Part shown: in pieces, positions 11,544 to 22,011 of the stretch
Numbering within the stretch: position 1 is the stretch's first letter
Layout: each line of letters starts with the position of its first letter
Source: Octopus bimaculoides
Lineage: Eukaryota
NCBI RefSeq assembly: GCF_001194135.2
Contig: NC_068999.1
Location: 49,823,651-49,859,248, forward strand
Direction of reading: 5' to 3'
Length of the DNA stretch: 35,598 nt
Notes under the pieces: model-generated
The model's input: only the letters and a program-made list of their open reading frames with translations
Told to the model about the DNA's origin: nothing
Database searches by the model: none
Program-made: the position numbers and the translations under genes

Positions 11544-12167
11544 CATAATAAAAAGGGATATTGATGGAATGTCCCCTCAATGAAATGTAAACACAACAAA
11601 CCTGATATAATGATTTGGGATAGAGAAGAGAAACTGTGCACTGTTGATGAAGTTAGCTGTCCAGTGGCTACTAACATAAAGCTGAAGATCAGTGAAAAAG
11701 GGAGCACTTACGCTGAACTATTGAAAAATCTGCAGTTACTCAATCCAGATTATAAGTTCAGGTTAATACCTGTAATTCTTGGGGCCCTGGAATATGTAAA
11801 ACACTGCCAAAATACCAAGCTTGGGAAATTTGGCTTCTCAAAACCACAAAGAAGAAATCTAATTCGAAGATTACAGATCCAATCCATTATTGGAACTGTA
11901 AAAATCTGTAAAACTTTCCAGAAGTTTATCATTTAAATATATATGAGCATGTCTAGATATGTAACTATATGCATGAGAATGCATACATAGAATATACAAT
12001 TATGCACATACATATATACATACATACATACATACATACGTACAAACAAAAAATTCTTGTTCTTGATGTTGAAATTCTAATGAAGGAACTTTGAATCAAC
12101 GTTAGAAACCGGCTCTTTCTATATTGGCACGAAATCTTGAAATAAAACTGAACAATGACATACATAG
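11544..12167 (+). mobile_element. R4/Dong-like RLE non-LTR retrotransposon, 5'-truncated (subfamily 2); restriction-like endonuclease domain remnant 11544-11936
   Basis: HNKPDIMIWDREEKLCTVDEVSCP...KISEK...Y...IPVILGALEYV...RRLQIQSIIGTVKICKTFQKFII matches the HNxPD..(D/E)xx.P / K..KY / PxIxGALG pattern of RLE domains of site-specific non-LTR elements. An upstream in-frame stop (HNKKGY*WN) shows decay. Clade call is by motif recognition only. Confidence 0.85.
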
Positions 12168-12204
12168 ATGGGCGGACGGACGGATGGATAAACTGACAGA
12201 CTGG

Positions 12205-12265
<61 letters not shown>
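12205..12265. repeat. (GATA)n microsatellite
   Basis: Direct reading. Confidence 0.95.
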
Positions 12266-12785
12266 GGACAGCAGTAGATATAGACATGGATACGTGCGTG
12301 TATGAGAAAACGTGTGTGTGCATGTAGAAAAAATACCCATCTGTTTGAGAGAGTGTCTGTATGTCTGCATATATACATATTTTATGTTGTTTTAGATATT
12401 TCTTGTCATTGGCTATTGATTATAAAGAAACTATTTACTCGTAGCAATTAACAATTACCGTATAAGCTCACCAATAAAATAATTCATGAGGTTAACAATG
12501 ACTGTTGTTTAAGCTGGCTATTTTCAACAAATATGTTCTTACGAGAGAAACTTATGAATATTCATGATATTCATATTATTCATTGAGCTTCATTTTAGTC
12601 TGTGGATGGTAGAGAGAATGAAGGTATACTTTAGACATATATACGTTCATACGTATATAGACTCAAGCATATATACGTACATACATTTGCACATAGAAGC
12701 AAATATACATATATCGCATGCAAACATTCTTCATCGAAGTAAATGTATATAATCATATATATGTGTGTGTATATGTGTGTGTGTA

Positions 12786-12836
<51 letters not shown>

Positions 12837-12923
12837 NNNNNNNNNNTATATATATATGTATGTATGTATATATGTATGTATATATATGTATGTATGTATG
12901 TGTATGTATATATATATACACAC

Positions 12924-12954
<31 letters not shown>

Positions 12955-13066
12955 AATATATGTGTGTGTGTATATATATATATATGTGTATATAAATATA
13001 TATATACATATATATATGTATACAAATATATGTACATATATATATATGTATGTTTATATATATATG

Positions 13067-13116
<50 letters not shown>

Positions 13117-13994
13117 NNNNNNNNNNNNNNNNNNNNNNNNNNNNNNNNNNNNNNNNNNNNNNNNNNNNNNNNNNNNNNNNNNNNNNNNNNNNNNNNNNNN
13201 NNNNNNNNNNNNNNNNNNNNNNNNNNNNNNNNNNNNNNNNNNNNNNNNNNNNNNNNNNNNNNNNNNNNNNNNNNNNNNNNNNNNNNNNNNNNNNNNNNNN
13301 NNNNNNNNNNNNNNNNNNNNNNNNNNNNNNNNNNNNNNNNNNNNNNNNNNNNNNNNNNNNNNNNNNNNNNNNNNNNNNNNNNNNNNNNNNNNNNNNNNNN
13401 NNNNNNNNNNNNNNNNNNNNNNNNNNNNNNNNNNNNNNNNNNNNNNNNNNNNNNNNNNNNNNNNNNNNNNNNNNNNNNNNNNNNNNNNNNNNNNNNNNNN
13501 NNNNNNNNNNNNNNNNNNNNNNNNNNNNNNNNNNNNNNNNNNNNNNNNNNNNNNNNNNNNNNNNNNNNNNNNNNNNNNNNNNNNNNNNNNNNNNNNNNNN
13601 NNNNNNNNNNNNNNNNNNNNNNNNNNNNATATATATATATCAGTATTTATGTATGTACATATGAATACATGCATACAATCATGCATACATGCATACTATA
13701 TCAGTGCATGAATACAAATCTGTGGGTGTTGATACAATACCTTTCCTTTCTAATCATATACGATTATAAATACAATCTTATATCTAAGGAAATTCGAAGC
13801 GTATGTACTTCATCTTGGGTAATTACTGTTTTAAGGCACGTTTCGAATTCTGCTAACGTTGTTTCTGAAATAAAGAGGCTCAACTTCTGTTTACTGATAA
13901 TAAGAACCTGTGAAGTTAATTAATAATGCACTTATTACCAAATTTTATTTACCTTCGAATTGATAATATGCATACCAGTGTGCACTATTTATTT

Positions 13995-14065
13995 GGTTGT
14001 GTGGTAAGAAGTTTGCTTCCCAGCCACAAGGTTCCGGGTTCAGTCCAACTGTGTAGCGCCTTGAG
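13995..14065 (+). mobile_element. SINE family B, 5' head fragment
   Basis: GGTTGTGTGGTAAGAAGTTTGCTTCCCAGCCACAAGGTTCCGGGTTCAGTCC closely matches 21083-21160. Confidence 0.75.
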
Positions 14066-14613
14066 TGGGTCGCGAAATATTTTTCCAACGAGATTTCCGT
14101 ATCCCTGTTATGAATTCATTTGCATACAGCCAATCAGTGTTCAGCAATCAAACTAATTTATGAGCGCATAACAAGTGATAGGCGACAAGATAAGGTCACT
14201 TGGGTAAGGAATGACCATGCTTCTTTTCTCTTTCAATGATGCTTGTTGTTCTTGTTCTTGTTTCAACCTTGGCTGCGTCTGCGTAGTTATTTGTGTCGCT
14301 GAGAGACTCGGTTCATGAGACATCTTAAACATATTTTTACGTCACATCGTGTCACTTGCTATTGGGTATTATAGAGAATTATTAATTACCTTTTTACTGT
14401 TTAATTCGTTCGTGGACATCATTAGCTATTGTAGAAATATCCTAAAAATATCTTCCAAAAAGAAAACAGGGAATGGTTAGTTCTAATGATTCCATAATTT
14501 ATTGTTCTGCTACTACTTATATTACTTTTAGCTTTTGTTACTTTCTTCTTTTCTTTTTCTTCTGCTTCTTCTACGTCTTCAGCTTTTTCTTCCTCATCCT
14601 CCTCCTCCTCCTA

Positions 14614-14700
14614 TTCTTCTTCTTCTTCTTCTTCTTCTTCTTCTTCTTCTTCTTCTTCTTCTTCTTCTTCTTCTTCTTCTTCTTCTTCTTCTTCTTCTTC
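14614..14700. repeat. (CTT)n microsatellite
   Basis: Direct reading. Confidence 0.95.
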
Positions 14701-15047
14701 CACTTCTACCTCGTCTTTTTTTTTTTCCTTTTCACTCTGTGTTTTTCTCCATTTTCATCTTCTTTCCTTTCATAGCTTTCTTTCTATTGAATTAGAATGT
14801 TTAAGAAAGAGTGCGCTAATGTAATTAATGTCTTACAATTTCAGCTTACAGGCAAATTTCTATTTATACAACCAAATCAGTCCGTAGCGAAACAGTCCCT
14901 AAGGTTCTTCAGTCAATTATTGATTAATTAATATACCAATTACACCAGTTAAAATCCAGATTCCCAGTCATTACACAGCACACCCGCGCGGCTTCATGCA
15001 CGCACAAACACGTGTACACAAGCAGACATACACATTTATGTATTAAT

Positions 15048-15423
15048 TACCTCCGCCTTCGCTAAGGCGGAGGTATTTTTTCAGTCGTATTTGCTTGTTT
15101 CTTTGTCCGTGGACAAGATATCTCAAGAACCGCTGGATGAATTCGGATGAAACTTTCAGGGATGTTTGGCCTCGTGACCAGCACGAACTGATTAGATTTT
15201 GGAATCGATCCGGTACCGGACAAGGATTCTGGATTATTTTGCCTGTCTTTTTTTTTTTACTTAATTTTTGAGAGCAGACGGGTTCATTTTTAATATTCTT
15301 GCTTGTGAGAGCAGTCGAGTTTATTTCGGATATTCTCATTTTAAAAACTCATCTCTGGCTAATCGTTGACAGGACGTTGGTGTGGCTTTGGCGGAGGTTT
15401 GCGCTCTCTGAGTGCTCTTGTTT
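15048..15423 (+). mobile_element. Non-autonomous Helentron-associated (HINE-like) element
   Basis: 5' hairpin TACCTCCGCCTT-CGCT-AAGGCGGAGGTA (15048-15075); subterminal inverted repeat GGCGGAGGT at 15390-15398; 3' hairpin GCGCTC-TCT-GAGTGC (15401-15415) then T-rich end. This is the known HINE/Helentron architecture. Confidence 0.7.
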
Positions 15424-15452
15424 ATATTAATGTTTTTTTTTTTTAATGCTCA

Positions 15453-15674
15453 ATTATAATCCTTTCTACTATACGCACAAGGACAGAAAATCTGGGAGAG
15501 GGGACTAGTCGATGGCATTGACCCTAGTGTTTCACAGGTACTTAATTTATCTACCCCGAAATGGTAAAAAGTAAAGTCTCGACGTCGGTGGAATTTGAAC
15601 ACAGAACATAAAGACAGACGAAATGCTGCTCAGCAGTTTGTCCGGCGTGCTAACGACTCTGCCAGCTCACCGCC
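15453..15674 (-). mobile_element. SINE family A, near full length, diverged
   Basis: Reverse complement begins GGCGGTGAGCTGGCAGAGTCGTTAGCACGCCGGAC and ends ...CCTTGTGCGTATAGTAGAAAGGATTAT; homologous to 20429-20656 over head and body. Confidence 0.85.
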
Positions 15675-15696
15675 TTGTGCTCAGTTATGCCCAAAA

Positions 15697-15819
15697 CAAT
15701 TTTAAATTAATCTGATGGGTTATTCTATATTTTTGTACAATACAAATTTAATATTCTTATACAAGGATGTTGTTGGAAAGTGACTTCGAAGTTTCGACCA
15801 GTTACGTCATCGTCAAACT
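15697..15819 (-). repeat. ACTTCGAAGT-family repeat copy 1 with hammerhead-like motif (15779-15819)
   Basis: Minus strand: AGT-TTGACGA-T-GAC-GTAACTG-GTC-GAAA-CTTCGAAG-TC-ACT; downstream about 80 nt homologous to 23744-23825. Confidence 0.7.
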
Positions 15820-16090
15820 GTACTAATTTATGTATATATTTAAGGTTGTATATTTAGAGCTATATTTATGGATATATTTATATTTATGTATAGATTTATG
15901 TATACATATACATGCTTGTATATATGTAAGCGTGCTGAAGCTTGTGTATATGTTTGTGTCTCTGTGTGCTTGCGTGCACGAGTGTATGTATGTATTTATA
16001 TAGGCATGTATAAATGTTTGTAAGCAGGAACGCATTTGATCCACAACATTCCTACCAGGCCTTCTCTCTACGTTCGAAATACTTACTAAT

Positions 16091-16655
16091 GGCGGTGACC
16101 TAGCAGAATCGTTAGAGCGCCGGGGGGGGGGGGGAAATGCTTTGTGGTTTTCGTTCCTTCTCGTTATGTTTCGAGTTCAAATATTGCGGAGGTCATCTTT
16201 GTTTTTCCTCCTTTCAGAATCAATGGAATCGACTAACTACCTTTAAAATTACTGGTCTTGTGCTGGACAAAATACTTAGCGGTATTTCTTTCGGTCCTGA
16301 GTTCACATTTCGCCGAGGTCAAATTTACCATTCATCCTTTCGAGGGTCAATAAATTAAGTACAAATCAATTACAGGAATCAATATCATCGATTAACACTC
16401 AAATGTTTAGGCCTTGTGCCTATAGTAGAAGGAATCATCATTATCATCATCATCATCATCATAATCATCATCATCATCAGAGTTGGAAAAATACTGTGTT
16501 TTTCACTTCAGCTCTTTACGTTCCAGGTTCAAATCCTGCCAAGGTCATCTTTACCTTCCATTCTTTCGAGATTGATAAAATAAAGTACCAGCCAAGTATT
16601 CGAATCGATGGAATCGACTAACCTTCTCCCCTTAAAATTATTGCTGTTATTCATT
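16091..16655 (+). mobile_element. Three head-to-tail SINE family A copies/fragments (16091-16262, 16263-16478 with (CAT)n tail, about 16495-16655)
   Basis: B-box/body motif (GAGTTCAAAT/GAGTTCACAT/GGTTCAAATC ... GAGGTC/AAGGTC ... CTTTC) recurs three times. Confidence 0.75.
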
Positions 16656-17278
16656 CTTAAATCAGAAAACCATATTGTTATTTGCTTTTGCAGACATCGG
16701 ATGTGTGTTACTCGTTCGAGGAATTTGTTGAAAATTACTATTTCGCTTAATGAATAAGGTTACTTGGGCGGGGGCGGGGCGGGGGTGAGTAAGATTCTTT
16801 ATAAGTAGATACTCTGAAATATTTTGCAATCCTGCTCTGGGGTAGACGAAGTTTTGTAAACATTTTTATTTCATTTCCGTAGTTTGTTGACATTCGTATA
16901 GCAAGATGGTGTCTAAAACAACGACAAACCGGAAATAACCAAGAGCCAAGACAAAAAAAATTATTAATAAACAATATACGACTTATAAACAAAACAAGAG
17001 AAAATGAAAAGTGAAAAATGCGTTAGGGGAAAAAATAATTATTCTATAGAGACTATAAATAGTGGTTGTGGATGAAAGAGCATTAATACTGAAAACAGTT
17101 TCCAGTGACAACTTTCACGTAGACATACTCGGTGAAAGGTTTTACAAAATATTTCACAAAGCAATGATTTTGTTTTTGTTACGAGTTTGAAATAAAAACT
17201 TTGACCGAATTGGCAAACAAATAAATACTAACTTTACCAGATGACATCTAAAAATTGGCAAACAAGGTCGAATATTTA

Positions 17279-17449
17279 GGCGCGGACGTGGCTGTCTGAG
17301 TAAGAAGCTCGCTTTGCAATCACTTGGTTTCGGTTTCCGTCCCATGGCGCGGTATCTTGCCCATGCGTCTTCGACAATCGCTCCAGGACGCCTAATACAG
17401 TGAGAGTGAATCTCATTGACAGACACTCTGTGGAAGCTCGACATATATG
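17279..17449 (+). mobile_element. SINE family B, 5' half, diverged
   Basis: GGCGCGGACGTGGCTGTCTGAGTAAGAAGCTCGC...GGTTTCGGTTTCCGTCCC resembles the 21083 head. Confidence 0.7.
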
Positions 17450-17490
17450 AATGCACGCACACACACACACACACATATACATATATACAT

Positions 17491-17663
17491 TTATCTTTTA
17501 CTTTTTTAGTCATTAGACTGCGGCCATGCAGTGGCACCGCCTTGAAGAATCGGCTCCAGTACTTCTTGTGAGCCCGGTTCTTATTCTATCAATTTCTTTT
17601 GCCGAACATCTAAGTTATGGGTTTGTAAACACACCAAGACTGGTCGTCAAGCGGTGATGGGGT
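17491..17663 (-). mobile_element. SINE family B, 3' half, tail-to-tail with preceding copy
   Basis: AGTCATTAGACTGCGGCCATG...CTTATTCTATC...TTGCCGAAC...GTAAACACACC...GTCAAGCGGTGATGGGG is the reverse complement of the 32042-32203 type. Confidence 0.75.
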
Positions 17664-18859
17664 CACATGCACAATTTTATGTAGGATTGGCAGCTATTTC
17701 TAGCAAAAGGAGCGACATTGTACACGTTCCATCGCACGCTCTAGGCTTCTACTTTTGTTCGCCGATGCCAGATCAGTGATTTTAACATCAACAAAGACCT
17801 CATTATTTTTTTTTCCTTCGAGTACATCTTCCAAACATTGGATTCTGTTTTCCATTATACATTTAGTATATCTCTCTTCTCCAGAAACTTCTCTTCTTTT
17901 GCTGCCATGTGCTGCCTTTCTTCCACTGATTGATTCTCTTCAATTTCCTAACAAGTTTCTTGTAAAATGCACTGTTCCTTGCTTGTTGTTTTTCGATTTG
18001 TTTTCTTTTTCTGCTGTATGGTATAGTATAGGGATAATTTTCAAACATGGCTGTTGTAAAAATCAGCTTTCTGTTTATGACACTGTGATTAAGGCTTTTT
18101 TCGTTTTTATCTACACTGGTGTGTTTTTTGTTGTTTGGTGCTGTTTATAGCCCGTACACAATATTCGGTTACCTGATGTCATCAACAGTACAGATGTATG
18201 TGTCACTGGATTTATTTCGGGAAATCTTTCGTGTCAGCAGATTTTATAAAATATGAAAGAAAATGGAATTGGAAAATGGATGTTGTGAACGCACAAAAGC
18301 AAAAGCTAGTCTCAGAAAAAAATAAAATAAAAAATGAAAAAAACAGGAAACATTTTTTACATGTACACAACCATCGTATTTGTCTACGGTTGATTAAGTT
18401 TCCAACAATACAAAATATATTCCGAAGAATACGAAAGATATCAAAATGTCAGACTTCTATTGTATCTCTGTTATAGAAACTTTTACTTACGATATTGCAT
18501 CTTATTTCTTTAACAGAAAATTACAAAGCTCTATTTTTGCTTATAAAAATGTAGACATAAAGTTGTACCATTCTTTGTCTGGTATTTTCCAAAAGATTCG
18601 AATAAACTGAAGTGAGGCCACACTTCTCTTCTGTTTGGTTTTTACTGCATTAACGGGGGAGTCCGAGTCTATTTTTGTATTGCTATTATTTATTTAATGT
18701 TTTTCATTTCTTTACCTCCATTGTATAAAGAGTGAGCACCAGTTATGGGTGGCAATATGACACATTCTGTCATTTAAACTATTCTCCTTAAGCTTTCCAA
18801 GTTTGCATTATAACTAAGATTGGAAAAGGCAACTACTTAAGTATATATATATATATACA

Positions 18860-18895
<36 letters not shown>

Positions 18896-19124
18896 TATAC
18901 ATACATACATACACACATATATATATATACATATATATATACACNNNNNNNNNNNNNNNNNNNNNNNNNNNNNNNNNNNNNNNNNNNNNNNNNNNNNNNN
19001 NNNNNNNNNNNNNNNNNNNNNNNNNNNNNNNNNNNNNNNNNNNNNNNNNNNNNNNNNNNNNNNNNNNNNNNNNNNNNNNNNNNNNNNNNNNNNNNNNNNN
19101 NNNNNNNNNNNNNNNNNNNNNNNN

Positions 19125-19158
<34 letters not shown>

Positions 19159-20384
19159 CATACATATATATATACACATATGTATGGATATATATGTATA
19201 TGTATGTATATATATATATGCGTGTATGTATATATATATGCATATGTATGTATATATATGTGTGTATATATATATATACTTATATATGTAAATATATTGT
19301 GTGTCTGTATCTGTGTGTCTCTGTGTCTCTCTGTGTGTATACACACACACACACAAACACACACACACACGTACACACATATAGTGGAAAGTCCTTCAAA
19401 AACTACGTCATTGTGATAGAAAGAAGTCGGTCTCAGGTGTACTACGAAAGATTTTCGTACTCAATGATATTGTTAGAAAATATAGATCAAAGCAGAAGTA
19501 GCTACTTTAACAGAACATTTCACGCGTTTACAGACACACGGACAGACACACGCGCATATATGAATATAAATATGCAGCGCGGAATTTTGTCAGTGAACAC
19601 GTCGCGGTTTCAAAGTGACGAAAATATTTTGACAAATTAAATTTAAATGTCGAAGTGAATCTAATGCTTTTTGTGTATTTTTAAATGGCTTATAAACACC
19701 TTCCACGCTGCAATTGTTTATACAGAGTAGCAAAAAATTTTAGAAATTATATTTGCTACCAGTTGTCTAGCGAGAAGAAAAAACTAGTCAATGGGCTATA
19801 TATTATTCATATAAATACATACAGTGTACATTTAAACACATCAGAAAGATGTCCATAATAGGACATCTAACCCGCTAGAAGGAGCAGTCAAAACTCCAAA
19901 CCACAATTAGGGATTATTTCGAAAGGGAATGGAAAATTAAAACATGTCCTATTATGAACATCTCTCTGATGTGTTTAAATGTACACTGTATGTATGTATA
20001 TATATATATATATATNNNNNNNNNNNNNNNNNNNNNNNNNNNNNNNNNNNNNNNNNNNNNNNNNNNNNNNNNNNNNNNNNNNNNNNNNNNNNNNNNNNNN
20101 NNNNNNNNNNNNNNNNNNNNNNNNNNNNNNNNNNNNNNNNNNNNNNNNNNNNNNNNNNNNNNNNNNNNNNNNNNNNNNNNNNNNNNNNNNNNNNNNNNNN
20201 NNNNNNNNNNNNNNNNNNNNNNNNNNNNNNNNNNNNNNNNNNNNNNNNNNNNNNNNNNNNNNNNNNNNNNNNNNNNNNNNNNNNNNNNNNNNNNNNNNNN
20301 NNNNNNNNNNNNNNNNNNNNNNNNNNNNNNNNNNNNNNNNNNNNNNNNNNNNNNNNNNNNNNNNNNNNNNNNNNNNNNNNNNNN

Positions 20385-20426
<42 letters not shown>

Positions 20427-20428
20427 AC

Positions 20429-20656
20429 GGCGAGCTGGCAGAAACGTTAGCACGCCGGGCGAAATGCTTAGCGGTATTTCGTCTACCACTACGTTCTGAG
20501 TTCAAATTCCGCCGAGGTCGACTCTGCCTTTCATCCTTTCGGGGTCGATTAAATAAGTACCAGTTACGCACTGGGGTCGGTATAATCGACTTAATCCGTT
20601 TGTCTGTCCTTGTTTGTCCCCTCTGTGTGTAGCCCCTTGTGGGCAGTAAAGAAATA
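20429..20656 (+). mobile_element. tRNA-derived SINE family A, best-preserved full-length copy
   Basis: A-box-like TGGCAGAAACG and B-box GAGTTCAAATTCC, multi-copy in the window. May correspond to a described octopus SINE (OK/OR1/OR2), not verified. Confidence 0.9.
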
Positions 20657-20956
20657 ACACACACAACTATACAATTACACAAGCTTCCACATAAACTCTT
20701 GCATTTGCATCCGCATTTCTGTAAACTAATTTCCAGTCATTACACAGAGCGGAAAATAGTAAAGACTCTGTAGAATACCTTGTGTCTCTAGTGTACTCAA
20801 TGATATCTTCAATTATTTATATTATACAATGCCATTTCACGTTGATTGGGAAGCGATTCATTTAATAGATTTGCACGGACTCACAGATATTGTGCGTACA
20901 TGCATATACATATTTATATATACATATGTATATTTTGATGAGTGTGCGTGTGTGTG

Positions 20957-21024
<68 letters not shown>
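20957..21024. repeat. (GATA)n microsatellite
   Basis: Direct reading. Confidence 0.95.
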
Positions 21025-21082
21025 GCTACGTTGGTATGTATGTGTATGCATACTAAAATAAATGGGCATAGATTTATAAATA

Positions 21083-21274
21083 GGCGTAGGAGTGGCTGTA
21101 TGGTAAGTAGTTTGCTTACCAACCACATGGTTCCGGGTTCAATCCCACTGTGTGGCACCTTGGGCAAGTGTCTTCTACTATAGCTTCGGGCCGACCGATG
21201 CTGGTGTGTTTATGTCCCTGTAACCTAGTGGTTCGGCAAAAGAAACCGATAGAATAAGTACTAGGCTTACAAAG
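21083..21274 (+). mobile_element. tRNA-derived SINE family B, internally deleted copy
   Basis: Head GGCGTAGGAGTGGCTGTATGGTAAG...GGTTCAATCCC...GGGCCG joins directly at ACCGA (21194-21198) to the 3'-half sequence seen at 32081 onward. Confidence 0.85.
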
Positions 21275-21843
21275 ACGAAATACATCGGAATTACGTGATC
21301 TGGCGGTTCCGGTGCTCATTGCAGAGGATTGGCGTCTGCTGACAATATATGTATGTGTGCTTGTATGCAACATTTGTTTATATGAGAGGGTTTCTCGGGG
21401 GTTAATACCGCAGTGTTCGGCAACCTCTCAAAACATCCACGTTAAGTTGATGTAAAAATTGCCTTTCCGTAAATAATCATTAACGGCTTGCTTGGTTAAT
21501 AATTATTTTCAATAAGCCTGCTGGCTATTTGTGACATCAGTGCCAGAAAAGTCAAATGTAATTTTTATATATCGTTGGCAGTGAGGTTTGGCTGGAATGC
21601 TTAAAGCAGGCGGCTGTCACCGAAGAGACGCAGTACGTCGAAATCACGTGTTCCGGCAGTTTCGGTTTCTATAACAGGCAATTGTCGTCAGCTAAGGATA
21701 TACGTATGTGTACTTTTCTGTACCATGAGTTTAAAACACAGGACTTCACAAGGTTAATATCGCAGTATTCGGCATCCTAAAAGAACAGCCACACTAAGTT
21801 GGATACAATATAGACTTTCGTTATTAACATCGCTAATAATTAT
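21273..21843 (+). mobile_element. Retrozyme-like tandem repeat, about 353-nt unit, about 1.6 copies, one hammerhead relic per unit
   Basis: 21273-21362 vs 21626-21715 align ungapped at 65/90; 21400-21449 vs 21752-21801 at 40/50. HHR relics at 21273-21306 and 21612-21661. Confidence 0.7.
21612..21661 (+). ncRNA. Hammerhead ribozyme candidate in tandem unit
   Basis: GGCTGTCA-CCGAAGA-GACG-CAGTA-CGTC-GAAA-TCACGTGT-TC-CGGCAGTT. Perfect 4-bp stem II, near-palindromic stem III, stem I with a mismatch at the core-proximal pair, U4C core variant. Confidence 0.6.
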
Positions 21844-21978
21844 ATCTATCTGTATTTTCTATTTAAGAGACCTTACTACAGCTGTCAAGTCTGATGTTGG
21901 AGAAGTAAGACCCTTCGGGATAAACAGCTATGGCATAGTTTCATATACATATGCGTATATGTGTATATGTAGGTGTGC

Positions 21979-22011
<33 letters not shown>

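Noticed and set aside
16694-16785. Exon between TTTTGCAG acceptor and GG/GTGAGT donor
   Set aside because: Stops in all three frames; no other support.
18145-18195. Minus-strand CTGTTGA...GAAT motif
   Set aside because: Core mismatches and no coherent stems.
21660-21697. Minus-strand CTGACGA...GAAA within the tandem unit
   Set aside because: No stem II or III, and the homologous position in copy 1 lacks the core.
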